A stretch of 64,000 bases of DNA from Chlamydiales bacterium (GTDB lineage: Bacteria > Chlamydiota > Chlamydiia > Chlamydiales > JAAZZY01), in contig CBDBKM010000010.1 of the NCBI GenBank assembly GCA_965206695.1, forward strand, positions 416,001 to 480,000, given 5' to 3'. This document shows positions 55,097 through 64,000 of this stretch, piece by piece; within the stretch, counting starts at the first letter, position 1; every line of letters begins with the position of its first letter. Below the pieces are notes generated by a model. The model had not been told where the DNA came from. It was given only the letters and a program-made list of their open reading frames with translations, and ran no database searches. Both the position numbers and the translations under genes were made by a program.

Positions 55097-55714
55097 ATGA
55101 CTATTAACAATAATCAAAATAATCAATATGGGAAAATTCCTCTATTCCCTTCTAGTGCTAAGGATAATTCTAATATCGGGTATAGTACTGAGCAGCTAAA
55201 TTTAATCATTGCTAAAGAATTGTTTCAGCAATTTACTACTTTTATTGCTTTAAGCGACGATCAAGATCAAAAGAATAACGTCATAGAACAGAAGACATGC
55301 AAACTTATAAAACAGACAAACCTTAATATGACCCGCATAGAATCGGAGCTATTGGCGCAAAGAGGCAAGCTTCCGCCAATGAAGACAAAAAAGGAGTGGT
55401 TGCGTACTGAAGGGAAAGCAATTGAGGCAGCTCTGAATGGGAAAATTTCTCTATTCTCTTCTACTGCTAAGTATAATTCTAATATCCGGTATAGTAAGCA
55501 GCCTACTACTCTTCTAGAGACAGACAAACTTCTAGAGACAGACAAACTTCTAGAGACAGACAAACTTATAGAACAGGCAAAACGCAATATGACCCGCATA
55601 GAATCGGAGCTATTGGCGCAAAGAGGCAAGCGTCCGCAAATAAAGACAAAAGAGGAGTGGTTGCGTACTGACGGGAAAGCAATTGAGGCAGATCTGATAT
55701 TAAGGCGTATTTGA
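55097..55714 (+). CDS. Hypothetical protein with internal duplication and 18-bp tandem repeat
   Basis: NMTRIESELLAQRGK...EWLRT.GKAIEA occurs twice; LLETDK three times. Confidence 0.6.
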   Translation: MTINNNQNNQYGKIPLFPSSAKDNSNIGYSTEQLNLIIAKELFQQFTTFIALSDDQDQKNNVIEQKTCKLIKQTNLNMTRIESELLAQRGKLPPMKTKKEWLRTEGKAIEAALNGKISLFSSTAKYNSNIRYSKQPTTLLETDKLLETDKLLETDKLIEQAKRNMTRIESELLAQRGKRPQIKTKEEWLRTDGKAIEADLILRRI

Positions 55715-55839
55715 TTAATAAAATTTTTTTAGAGAGATGGGTTTAGAACCGTCATTCCTCAGCAAAAAATATAATTTTGTTTTAGAATAGAAAGGAGTTA
55801 TATTTTTTGCTATGAAATTGAGTTCCCAAAATATAGATC

Positions 55840-56010
55840 ATTGATCTTGCAACCTGTTTTACACACATGAAACACATAATTTTTGTGTTATTATAGGCTT
55901 CTTCAAATTGCTCAGGAGAAATGTATCCTAAAGAAGAATAAAGCCTTCTGCGATTATACAAATATTCAAATATTGCCAATTTAGCCTCTTTTTTAGTTTT
56001 AAATTTTTAA
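55840..56010 (-). mobile_element. IS3-family integrase C-terminal fragment
   Basis: AIFEY..YNRRRL.SSLGYISPEQFE; boundaries approximate. Confidence 0.7.
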
Positions 56011-56204
56011 AAAAATTATGTGTATAGTCTATTTGACTTCATATCTAAAGGGTGTGTTGCGAGCTAACAGGTTTTTAGGATTTAGAAATGCAAAAAATTA
56101 GATTGGATTTTAATCGTTTATTTTAGAAGCTTTTAAAGCTATTTATAGGAGTTTGCTGTTGCAAGCCGGAAAATTTGACGGAACGTAGACATAGCTATCC
56201 TTCA

Positions 56205-57637
56205 ATTTTATAACCGCACCAAAATTTATCATTACCCTTACAACCAATACGGGCTTGTCTATCGGTAGCAACCTTCGGTAGTACCTCATTATTTAATTTC
56301 TCGTATTTAGTTTGTAGGGCTTTATCTCGTTCTTTCCATAAATTGGCTTTATAGTATTTTAATTTTTATTTGATAATATGTTATCCTTCTTTTTTTATAC
56401 AAACAGTAAGGACAAAACAATGCCTAGAGCCTATTCAGTAGATCTTCGAGAGAAAGTATGACAACATATAGAAAAACATCATGATAAAAAAACAGCCGGC
56501 CATATTTTTCAAGTAGATATCGCAACAATATATCGATGGATCTTGCAAAAAAAGCAAAAAGGACATTTAAAGCCAATCCGCAGAAAATATGCTTATAAGA
56601 AATTAGATGATGAGTTGTTATCTAAATATGTAGAAAAACATCCGGATTATTTTTTATCGGAAATTGCTGATTATTTTTCAGTCACTCCGCAAACGATTTT
56701 TTATGCCCTTAAAAGATTAAAAATTACACGAAAAAAAAAACTACTCGCTATAAGGAAAGAGATGAAAAGAAACGGGAAGCTTTTATGAAAGATTTAAAAA
56801 ATATTCCCTTTGACAAGAGAATTTATCTCGATGAAACCGGGATTCATCAATTTTTATTTCGTGAGTCCGGAAGAAGCTTACGCGGCAAAAAAGTTTTTGG
56901 AGCGGTTTCAGGAAACCGCTTTATAAGGCAAAATATTATTTCAGCCCTATCTAAAGGGCAGTTTTTATCTCCAATGTGTTTTGAAGGTACTTGTAATACC
57001 GGGTTATTCAATATTTGGCTTAAGGAAGTTTTGACTCCTCAGCTTAAACCCGGTAGTGTTCTTATTCTTGACAATGCCGGTTTTCACAAGTCAGCGGAAA
57101 GCAGGAAAACAGTAGAATCTGCCGGTTGTAAGCTTATGTTTCTTCCTCCCTATTCTCCGGACTTAAATCCTATAGAAAAATATTGGGCTAATATGAAAAA
57201 TAAAGTTAGAGAGATATTACGAAAAGTTACGAATTTTAAATTCGCCATTGATCAAGCAATCTTATCAATATAAAATTAAATGACTATAGCAATCAAATGA
57301 GTGGCGTCTACGAAGCTAAAAACTTCATTCATCACTCCTTGTTTTCTTAGTTGATCTCTTAAGTCAGCAAAAATTTTGGATAGGATCTGTGTCCCTATTT
57401 TGTGCCTAACTTTACAAAAAGTGGTATGATCAGGAGTATTCTCTCTCAAACTAAAGCGATACAACTACTTGGCTGCAGTATTCTCTTGAATGTAGCGTTC
57501 CGGCTCTCGATCGCTTAGATTTTCCATGAACTGAAGAAGTAAGCATTTAAATAATCGAAGAAGTCCGTATCTTTTATAAGGATTATTTTTCTCCAATTGC
57601 TTTAGCTTTTTAGAAAAATAGTCACTTAGATTTCAAC
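56205..57637 (-). mobile_element. IS5-family remnant interrupted by IS630 copy 5
   Basis: TPDHTTF...FVDATHLIA rejoins across the IS630 to KANLWKERDKA...ARIGCKG.DKFW.GYK. Confidence 0.75.
56350..57288 (+). mobile_element. IS630-family element, copy 5 (nonsense in orfA)
   Basis: Near-identical to the other copies; TA-bounded. Confidence 0.95.
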
Positions 57638-57664
57638 AGTTCCTACTAGTAAAAAGTTTATTAT

Positions 57665-57920
57665 CTAACATGAATTTACAGAAAAGATGTTGCTTAATTT
57701 ACTTGGGCTAGGATGTCTTTTGTTAGGTGCTAAGATTTGCAGCCTTTCTCGAAAAAGCCGGTTCGATAAAGTGCGGGTTGTAACTGAAAAAATGACACTT
57801 GCCTCTTTTCGTGTTCTCACATTTTTAATATATTTTAAAGCTTGTTTTCTTACATCAAGTGAATATGTCATCCGAATATTTTACATGAATAAAATAAAAA
57901 ATAAAATTTAATTCACTATA
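57665..57920 (-). mobile_element. IS630-family N-terminal remnant (different type)
   Basis: MTYSLDVRKQAL...ASVIFSV HTH; IR-like TATAGTGAATTAAATTT. Confidence 0.65.
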
Positions 57921-57989
57921 ACGCACCTCTGTAGCGCGAAACTCCTGATAGAATCTCTTCTTATGGTTATGATTCTATATTTGTTGGTA

Positions 57990-58927
57990 TATAGTATTTT
58001 AATTTTTATTTGATAACATGTTGTCCTTTTTTTTTTATACAAACAGTAAGGACAAAACAATGCCTAGAGCCTATTCAGTAGATCTTCGAGAGAAAGTATT
58101 ACAACATATAGAAAAACATCATGATAAAAAAACAGCCGGCCATATTTTTCAAATAGGTATCGCAACAATATATCGATGGATCTTGCAAAAAAAGCAAAAA
58201 GGACATTTAAAGCCAATCCGCAGAAAATATGCTTATAAGAAATTAGATGATGAGTTGTTATCTAAATATGTAGAAAAACATCCGGATTATTTTTTATCGG
58301 AAATTGCTCATTATTTTTCAGTCACTCCGCAAACGATTTTTTATGCCCTTAAAAGATTAAAAATTACACGAAAAAAAAAACTACTCGCTATAAGGAAAGA
58401 GATGAAAAGAAACGGGAAGCTTTTATGAAAGATTTAAAAAATATTCCCTTTGACAAGAGAATTTATCTCGATGAAACCGGGATTCATCAATTTTTATTTC
58501 GTGAGTCCGGAAGAAGCTTACGCGGCAAAAAAGTTTTTGGAGCGGTTTCAGGAAACCGCTTTATAAGGCAAAATATTATTTCAGCCCTATCTAAAGGGCA
58601 GTTTTTATCTCCAATGTGTTTTGAAGGTACTTGTAATACCGGGTTATTCAATATTTGGCTTAAGGAAGTTTTGACTCCTCAGCTTACACCCGGTAGTGTT
58701 CTTATTCTTGACAATGCCGGTTTTCACAAGTCAGCGGAAAGCAGGAAAATAGTAGAATCTGCCGGTTGTAAGCTTATGTTTCTTCCTCCATATTCTCCGG
58801 ACTTAAATCCTATAGAAAAATATTGGGCTAATATGAAAAATAAAGTTAGAGAGATATTACGAAAAGTTACGAATTTTAAATTCGCTATTGATCAAGCAAT
58901 CTTATCAATGTAAATTAAATGACTATA
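57990..58927 (+). mobile_element. IS630-family element, copy 6 (the only copy with intact orfA and complete DDE)
   Basis: orfA open (TTA at the site that is TGA in four copies); DETG, DNAG, NPIE present. Confidence 0.95.
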
Positions 58928-59502
58928 TACTCTTCGCTACTGAAAGGTACACAAAACAGTATAAATATGATATTAGTTTTGCATGAACCGATTAACTCCC
59001 AATCAAAGAAGCACTTTTGAATTTCAGGTAAAAAAGACCCGTGATATAAATGAACGTAATCGTTTGTGTGTGCTTCTTGCACGAGATGAAGGTCTAGAGC
59101 CTGATCACATTGCTCATGTTCTGCGCTTAAGCCGCTCGAGTGTTTATGGGTATTTGAGAGAATTTCAATCAAAAGGAAAAACTCGGTATGATACCAAGGG
59201 AGGATCAGCCGGTAAATTATCCAAACTGCAAACGAAAGAACTAGTGGACCATCTTTCTCAATACACCTATAGAAGGGTTAAGGATGTATGTGCGTATGTC
59301 TTAGAACAATGTTTGCTTTTTGGGATTGCACATTGTTCTAATCAATGGGAAAAAACGCGAAGTAACGAATTTAAAAGAAAGACATGCAATTATTTTACGC
59401 CGTTGAGGGCTACCCTACGAAAAATGATATTATTCTGAACTATGGTGATGAATCTCGGTTCTAGTGAAGTATCTATTTGTTGCACTTCATAGTTGAAAAG
59501 GC
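58928..59502 (+). mobile_element. Stacked remnants: IS630 HTH N-terminus, then an IS30 inverted repeat
   Basis: ORF 58983-59438 N-terminal HTH, similar to 7681-8000; GTTGCACTTCATAGTTGAAAAGGC at 59479-59502. Confidence 0.7.
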
Positions 59503-59519
59503 TAAATGATAAGATTCCG

Positions 59520-60182
59520 TTAAGGAATAAACCAAAAGTAATCGCCGGAAAAACTTACTTCACTAAATAATTGTTCCCATTCAGATCCATGAAGGATGGA
59601 TTTAGCTGTAAGATTCCAATTGTGAAGGAGCGCTTTTTCTTTTGCGGTTTTATATCCGTCAACCATGATAAAGCTATGTTTTTTACTTACACGTTCTATT
59701 TCTTTTAGAGCTTTAACTAAATCATCACCTTCAAAATTATGAATGGTATTAATCGAAATGACCAGATCAAATGAATCATTGAGGTAAGGTAAGTCTCGAG
59801 CATCTGCCGTCTGTACCTTTGATTTAATATCAGGATGGGCATTTTGAATTGCATATGAGGAGATATCTATCCCTTGTACTTGTATCCCGGGTATTAAACT
59901 GACAAAATCATACAACAAAAATCCTTTTGCACATCCGATATCTAAAATAGAATGATCTTTAGTTAGGCGATAGTAATTTTGAAAATCCTTCACCACTTGC
60001 TGCCAAAATCTAGGATGATAGTGATAGCCGCCATAACCGTTTTTTCTATCTCCATCGAAAAATTCTTGGCCAAATTGACGTGCAATTAATCGCTCTTTTT
60101 CGGTTTTCTGCTCTTGCCTTTTAGTCACATCTCTTTTCGCTTTAGGAAAAGATTTAAGTAAGTTTATTTCCTGTCCCATCAT
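59520..60182 (-). CDS. Class I SAM-dependent methyltransferase
   Basis: ILDIGCAKG, GIDIS, FDLVIS; FFDGDR..GYGGY typical of polysaccharide-locus methyltransferases. Confidence 0.88.
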   Translation of the reverse strand: MMGQEINLLKSFPKAKRDVTKRQEQKTEKERLIARQFGQEFFDGDRKNGYGGYHYHPRFWQQVVKDFQNYYRLTKDHSILDIGCAKGFLLYDFVSLIPGIQVQGIDISSYAIQNAHPDIKSKVQTADARDLPYLNDSFDLVISINTIHNFEGDDLVKALKEIERVSKKHSFIMVDGYKTAKEKALLHNWNLTAKSILHGSEWEQLFSEVSFSGDYFWFIP

Positions 60183-60190
60183 TGAAATCC

Positions 60191-61261
60191 TTAAAAAGGT
60201 CCCGTAAAAAATTTATCCGGTACATCCAAGGGACGCTTTTGATTTTCTATCATTTTTTGTAATAACAGCTTAACTCTTGAGCCCTTCATCATCATATCAC
60301 ATACTTTTAATGCGATACCTTCAACAGTGGGGTAGTAATGGTTTGCCAGAGCCCAGCTGGTAGGGCATGGTTTATCCGGATAGGTCATTCTAACAGGGGG
60401 GATATGTAAACAATCCATCGCTTCCTCTACAATAGTAGCGAGTATTTCAGCAGCAAAACCACATGTCTTCCAATCCGGATCTAAAACTAATACTCTACCT
60501 GTTTTTCTTACAGATTCTAAGATCGCCTCTTTATCAAAAGGTTTGATCGTTCTTAGATCGATTAATTCAGCTGAAATACCTTCTTCTTCCAATAGGTTGA
60601 CTGCCTTTAGAGCCTCTAATATCATGTGAGAGCAGGAGATAATAGAAATATCTTTTCCTTCTTTCATAACTTTTGCTTTACCCAAAGGAACAGAATAGAC
60701 CTCTTCGGGTACTATTCCAAAGGTATTATGCAGCCATCTGTGTTCCAAAAAAATGACAGGGTTGTTATCTTGCACAGCTGATATAAAAAGTCCTTTAGCG
60801 TTATAACAATTAGAAGGCATCACGACTTTAAGACCCGGAATATGAGCAAATATGCTATGTAGCGTCTGAGAATGCTGAGGACCTTGTCCCCATCCTCTAC
60901 CCAACAAAGCTCTTATCACAATGGGGACTTGTGCCTTTTTTCCGAACATATAATGCCATTTAGAAGCATTATTAATGATTTGATCTAATGACAATAATGA
61001 AAAATCAATCCTTTGATGTGTCATAATTGGCCGAAGGCCCTTTAGAGCAGAGCCAATGATAATACCTGTCATCGCATTTTCGGAAGTCGGCATATCCATC
61101 ACTCGATGAGAGCCGTATTTTTCCTCTAAATTAAGAGTTGTGCCAAATAAACCTTTAGGATCAGGTACACCCAAACCTATGACGTATACCGTCTCATCTA
61201 AACCCATGATCTGATCAGTAGCTTCTTGTATTGCTTCAAAAAATTTAATTTCTCTGTCCAT
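60191..61261 (-). CDS. TPP-dependent dehydrogenase E1 beta-like subunit
   Basis: DMPTSEN, GRGWGQGPQHSQ, PGLKVVMP, IDLRTIKP. Confidence 0.88.
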   Translation of the reverse strand: MDREIKFFEAIQEATDQIMGLDETVYVIGLGVPDPKGLFGTTLNLEEKYGSHRVMDMPTSENAMTGIIIGSALKGLRPIMTHQRIDFSLLSLDQIINNASKWHYMFGKKAQVPIVIRALLGRGWGQGPQHSQTLHSIFAHIPGLKVVMPSNCYNAKGLFISAVQDNNPVIFLEHRWLHNTFGIVPEEVYSVPLGKAKVMKEGKDISIISCSHMILEALKAVNLLEEEGISAELIDLRTIKPFDKEAILESVRKTGRVLVLDPDWKTCGFAAEILATIVEEAMDCLHIPPVRMTYPDKPCPTSWALANHYYPTVEGIALKVCDMMMKGSRVKLLLQKMIENQKRPLDVPDKFFTGPF

Positions 61262-61273
61262 TACACCGAATCC

Positions 61274-62245
61274 TTAAGCATATATATCTTCATTAATATC
61301 TACGGTAGGGAAGGAAGCATTCTCTGAAAATTCAAAAGCCTCTTTAATTTCTAAGCTAATATCACGTCTATATTGATCCGGTAATGCATCATTAAGATAT
61401 TGATTGTGACGTAATATTTTTTCATAAGATGATACAGGGCACCTTTTATGCCAATAATCGACTTCATCTTGAGGCCGATATCCCAAAGGGTCAAAGTTGG
61501 GGCCGCAATGTTCTCGATATCGATAGGTCTCAAACTCGAGGTAACAAGGACCTTTGTTTTCTCTAATATATTGAACGGCAGCTTGTGTTATATGATAGAC
61601 TTCTTCAACATCATTCCCATAACCCTTCATAGCATACAATCCATGAGCTTTTGCTATGCCCATACGATCTCTTTTCTCAGGCTGTCTAACAGATAGGGGA
61701 GAGTAAACAGAATAAAAGTTATTTTCACAGACAAATAAGACAGGTAAATTTCTCAAAGAGGCAAAGTTTAAACTCTCTGCCCATACACCTTCTTCAGTAG
61801 CGGCCTCACCAAAAAAAATGACTGTAATTGCTTGCTCCTTCTTAAGAGAAGAAGCAAAGGCGACGCCGACACCTATGGGTATACTACCCCCAACAATGGG
61901 TGTCGTCCCGATAATATTGACATCTAGATCTATTAAATGTTGAGATCCGCCGATGCCTGAAGAACAACCATTTTCTTTACCATAAATTTCTGCCAGCATT
62001 TTTTTTAAGGAGCCTCCTTTAGAAAGATAGTGAGCATGTGCGCGGTGATTGCTAACCAGATTATCAGATGTTAGCATATTTTTAGCGACTCCTACAGCTA
62101 TTGCCTCTTGCCCAATGCTAAGATGAACGGGACACCTCATTTTTTGCTCCGGATATTTATCTATTATCGCTTCTTCAATCATCCGAATGCGGAGCATATC
62201 GTAAAAAAGCTCTAAAGTCAGTTTCTCAGTGATCTCTTGTGCCAT
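61274..62245 (-). CDS. TPP-dependent dehydrogenase E1 alpha-like subunit
   Basis: MRCPVHLSIGQEA, HRAHAHY, FFGEAA.EEG, CENN, YRYREHCGP. Confidence 0.88.
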   Translation of the reverse strand: MAQEITEKLTLELFYDMLRIRMIEEAIIDKYPEQKMRCPVHLSIGQEAIAVGVAKNMLTSDNLVSNHRAHAHYLSKGGSLKKMLAEIYGKENGCSSGIGGSQHLIDLDVNIIGTTPIVGGSIPIGVGVAFASSLKKEQAITVIFFGEAATEEGVWAESLNFASLRNLPVLFVCENNFYSVYSPLSVRQPEKRDRMGIAKAHGLYAMKGYGNDVEEVYHITQAAVQYIRENKGPCYLEFETYRYREHCGPNFDPLGYRPQDEVDYWHKRCPVSSYEKILRHNQYLNDALPDQYRRDISLEIKEAFEFSENASFPTVDINEDIYA

Positions 62246-62266
62246 AAAACTACACTCTAAATTAGG

Positions 62267-63097
62267 TTAATTTTTCTTCCATATAGTACTATTTCTTCTT
62301 AGCTTATACAGATCATGATCAATATTTAACTTCTTCTCTAACTCATTAGAACCCCACGCATCAGATACAACGCTGAAATTTCTTCCGCCCACTTCTTTGC
62401 ATGGTGTTGTGATTAACCAGTTGCAACAATCAATAACATCATTCATTGGGGTACATTCATTATTGTGGAGTCTATCTAAAGTCCTTTGATAGTTATCTCC
62501 TGAAGCCTTAGATCCTAAGCGAAGTGTCGGTTCATGAATTTTGGTCTTCACACAACCGGGACCCACAATAACAAATCGAACATCAGGAATTTCTGCATCT
62601 AATAATTCACACATCTTGATTAATGCTATTTTAGATAAGGTATAACTCGAATAATGTGTGACAGCATTATTCGTTCCTCCTCCGGCAAAAAAGAGGACAA
62701 CCGGGTCTAGATCATCTGAAGAAAATGCTCTTTTAGGCAACAGTCGATGTACAATTCTTAACTGTTGTAGCAGATTAACCTGCATGCTTTCTTCCCAATG
62801 ATCAAAATCAACAGTATCAAAATTACCGATAGGCTCTAAATTTCCAGGCGCTAATATCATCACATCCCAAGAAGAATAATTTTCTATGATGGCATCACAA
62901 GTATTTACAACGGATTGTACATTTGTTAAATCACATGGATAGCAATGAACACCATGTTGTGTTGTTAACTTGTCGACTAAAGGCGAAGGTGTACGATAAG
63001 TACCGGACACATTCCAGCCTTTAGATCGCCAATCTTTTGCAAGAGCGGCTCCTATATCACTGGAAACGGATATTATAATAGCGTTTTTATTTTTCAT
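62267..63097 (-). CDS. SDR-family oxidoreductase
   Basis: Rossmann SVSSDIG; catalytic YTLSK; PG.VKT. Confidence 0.85.
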   Translation of the reverse strand: MKNKNAIIISVSSDIGAALAKDWRSKGWNVSGTYRTPSPLVDKLTTQHGVHCYPCDLTNVQSVVNTCDAIIENYSSWDVMILAPGNLEPIGNFDTVDFDHWEESMQVNLLQQLRIVHRLLPKRAFSSDDLDPVVLFFAGGGTNNAVTHYSSYTLSKIALIKMCELLDAEIPDVRFVIVGPGCVKTKIHEPTLRLGSKASGDNYQRTLDRLHNNECTPMNDVIDCCNWLITTPCKEVGGRNFSVVSDAWGSNELEKKLNIDHDLYKLRRNSTIWKKN

Positions 63098-64000
63098 GGC
63101 TTAATAAAATTGGCTTCTAAGGCCTGACTTTCATAGGCGATTCGTTCGATTTCACTAGCCGGCAAAGCAGGATCTAAATTTTCTAATCCGGCCCCAAACT
63201 TTAACATCGGTTCAATTCTTTTGACCTCATCTATCTTTAAATGACAAAAATAGGGTCCTTTTCTTGAGGGTATCTCACCTATATGATTTAGCAAATCCGC
63301 ATTATCCTCAATACAGAGATAGGGGATACTAAAAGTTTCTGCTAGTTTTTGATAATCGGGAAAACTTAAACCACTTGACTCATCAACCACTACGTAACGT
63401 GACTGTAACCAAATTTCAATTGTCTGCTTACACGTAGCATGGCCCTGATTGTCGAAAAGAAAAATTTTAACAGGTAAGTTATATCTATTGATGGTAGCCA
63501 ATTCTTGTAAACACATCATTAAGCCGCCATCACCAATCAAACAGTAAACTTCTTTTCCGGATCCTAGTGCGGCCCCTATGCTTGCCGGCAAGGCATAACC
63601 CATAGGGGTATGGTTCCATGCCGAAAAAATTTTTTGTTTCGCTTTAACTTCAAAAGCCTGCATAACCCAACAAATATTCGCTCCCGTATCAGTTACGATA
63701 ATGTCATTTTCTTGAGCAACATGCTTAGAAAATTCCTTTACAAATACATACGGGTCTAACTTGTTATCGGATTTATAATTACTTTCTGAACAAATAGGAT
63801 ATTCTTCTCTCCATTGCCTGATCAGTTGCCTCCAATTTAAAAAGGCATCTTCTTTGGCTTCAGAATAAAGGGGCTGACATTCTTGAAAAAAGCTGTTTAA
63901 ATCCGATAAGATCGGTAAATCGATACAAAAGGTATCGGGACCAAATTTGCTGATTTCTTCCGGGTCAATCTCAACCATTGCTTTTTTTGCATTCGGAGCA
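63094..64000 (-). CDS. Acetolactate-synthase-like TPP enzyme, C-terminal part (5' end outside the window)
   Basis: MGYALPASIGA, IGDGGLMM..QEL, DNQG TPP-binding motif; frame open to the window edge. Confidence 0.88.
   Translation of the reverse strand, partial: APNAKKAMVEIDPEEISKFGPDTFCIDLPILSDLNSFFQECQPLYSEAKEDAFLNWRQLIRQWREEYPICSESNYKSDNKLDPYVFVKEFSKHVAQENDIIVTDTGANICWVMQAFEVKAKQKIFSAWNHTPMGYALPASIGAALGSGKEVYCLIGDGGLMMCLQELATINRYNLPVKIFLFDNQGHATCKQTIEIWLQSRYVVVDESSGLSFPDYQKLAETFSIPYLCIEDNADLLNHIGEIPSRKGPYFCHLKIDEVKRIEPMLKFGAGLENLDPALPASEIERIAYESQALEANFIKP

Larger units (their letters stand above)
54263..56191. repeat. About 142-bp inverted repeat pair (54263-54404 and 56050-56191), probably an IS end
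   Basis: TGTCTACGTTCCG...GCAACACACCC versus GGGTGTGTTGC...CGGAACGTAGACA. Confidence 0.85.

Noticed and set aside
55267..55629. 120-aa minus-strand ORF with SLSVSR repeats
   Set aside because: Antisense shadow of ORF 55097-55714
60191..62245. Second pyruvate dehydrogenase
   Set aside because: Canonical pdhABC is at 47187-50543; this pair has no E2 in view and lies among glycan-type genes

Overview
AT-rich chromosome segment from an environmental chlamydia (phylum Chlamydiota), identified from conserved chlamydial gene order: a CT253-CT259-like block, dcd-ruvB-SpoIID-like-slc1-ssb-pepA, and glgP-pdhABC. The backbone is heavily invaded by insertion sequences: six copies of one IS630 plus IS4, IS5, IS30, IS701, IS982, ISL3, IS1634, IS3 and IS605/TnpB remnants, many of them nested. 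Accessory genes include a eukaryote-like PPR-SMR protein whose near-identical repeats vary at the RNA-recognition positions, a RING-finger membrane protein, an olsBA-like pair, a xylA/sugar porter/PMI/ROK locus, a fused trehalose synthase-phosphatase and a TPP-dependent branched-sugar-like operon. Two patterns span the window: a strong CTGG/CCAG to CCGG substitution signature, and repeated +1 homopolymer frameshifts that are probably sequencing errors. No rRNA, tRNA or CRISPR array was recognised. All family assignments come from motif recognition by eye; no database search was run.
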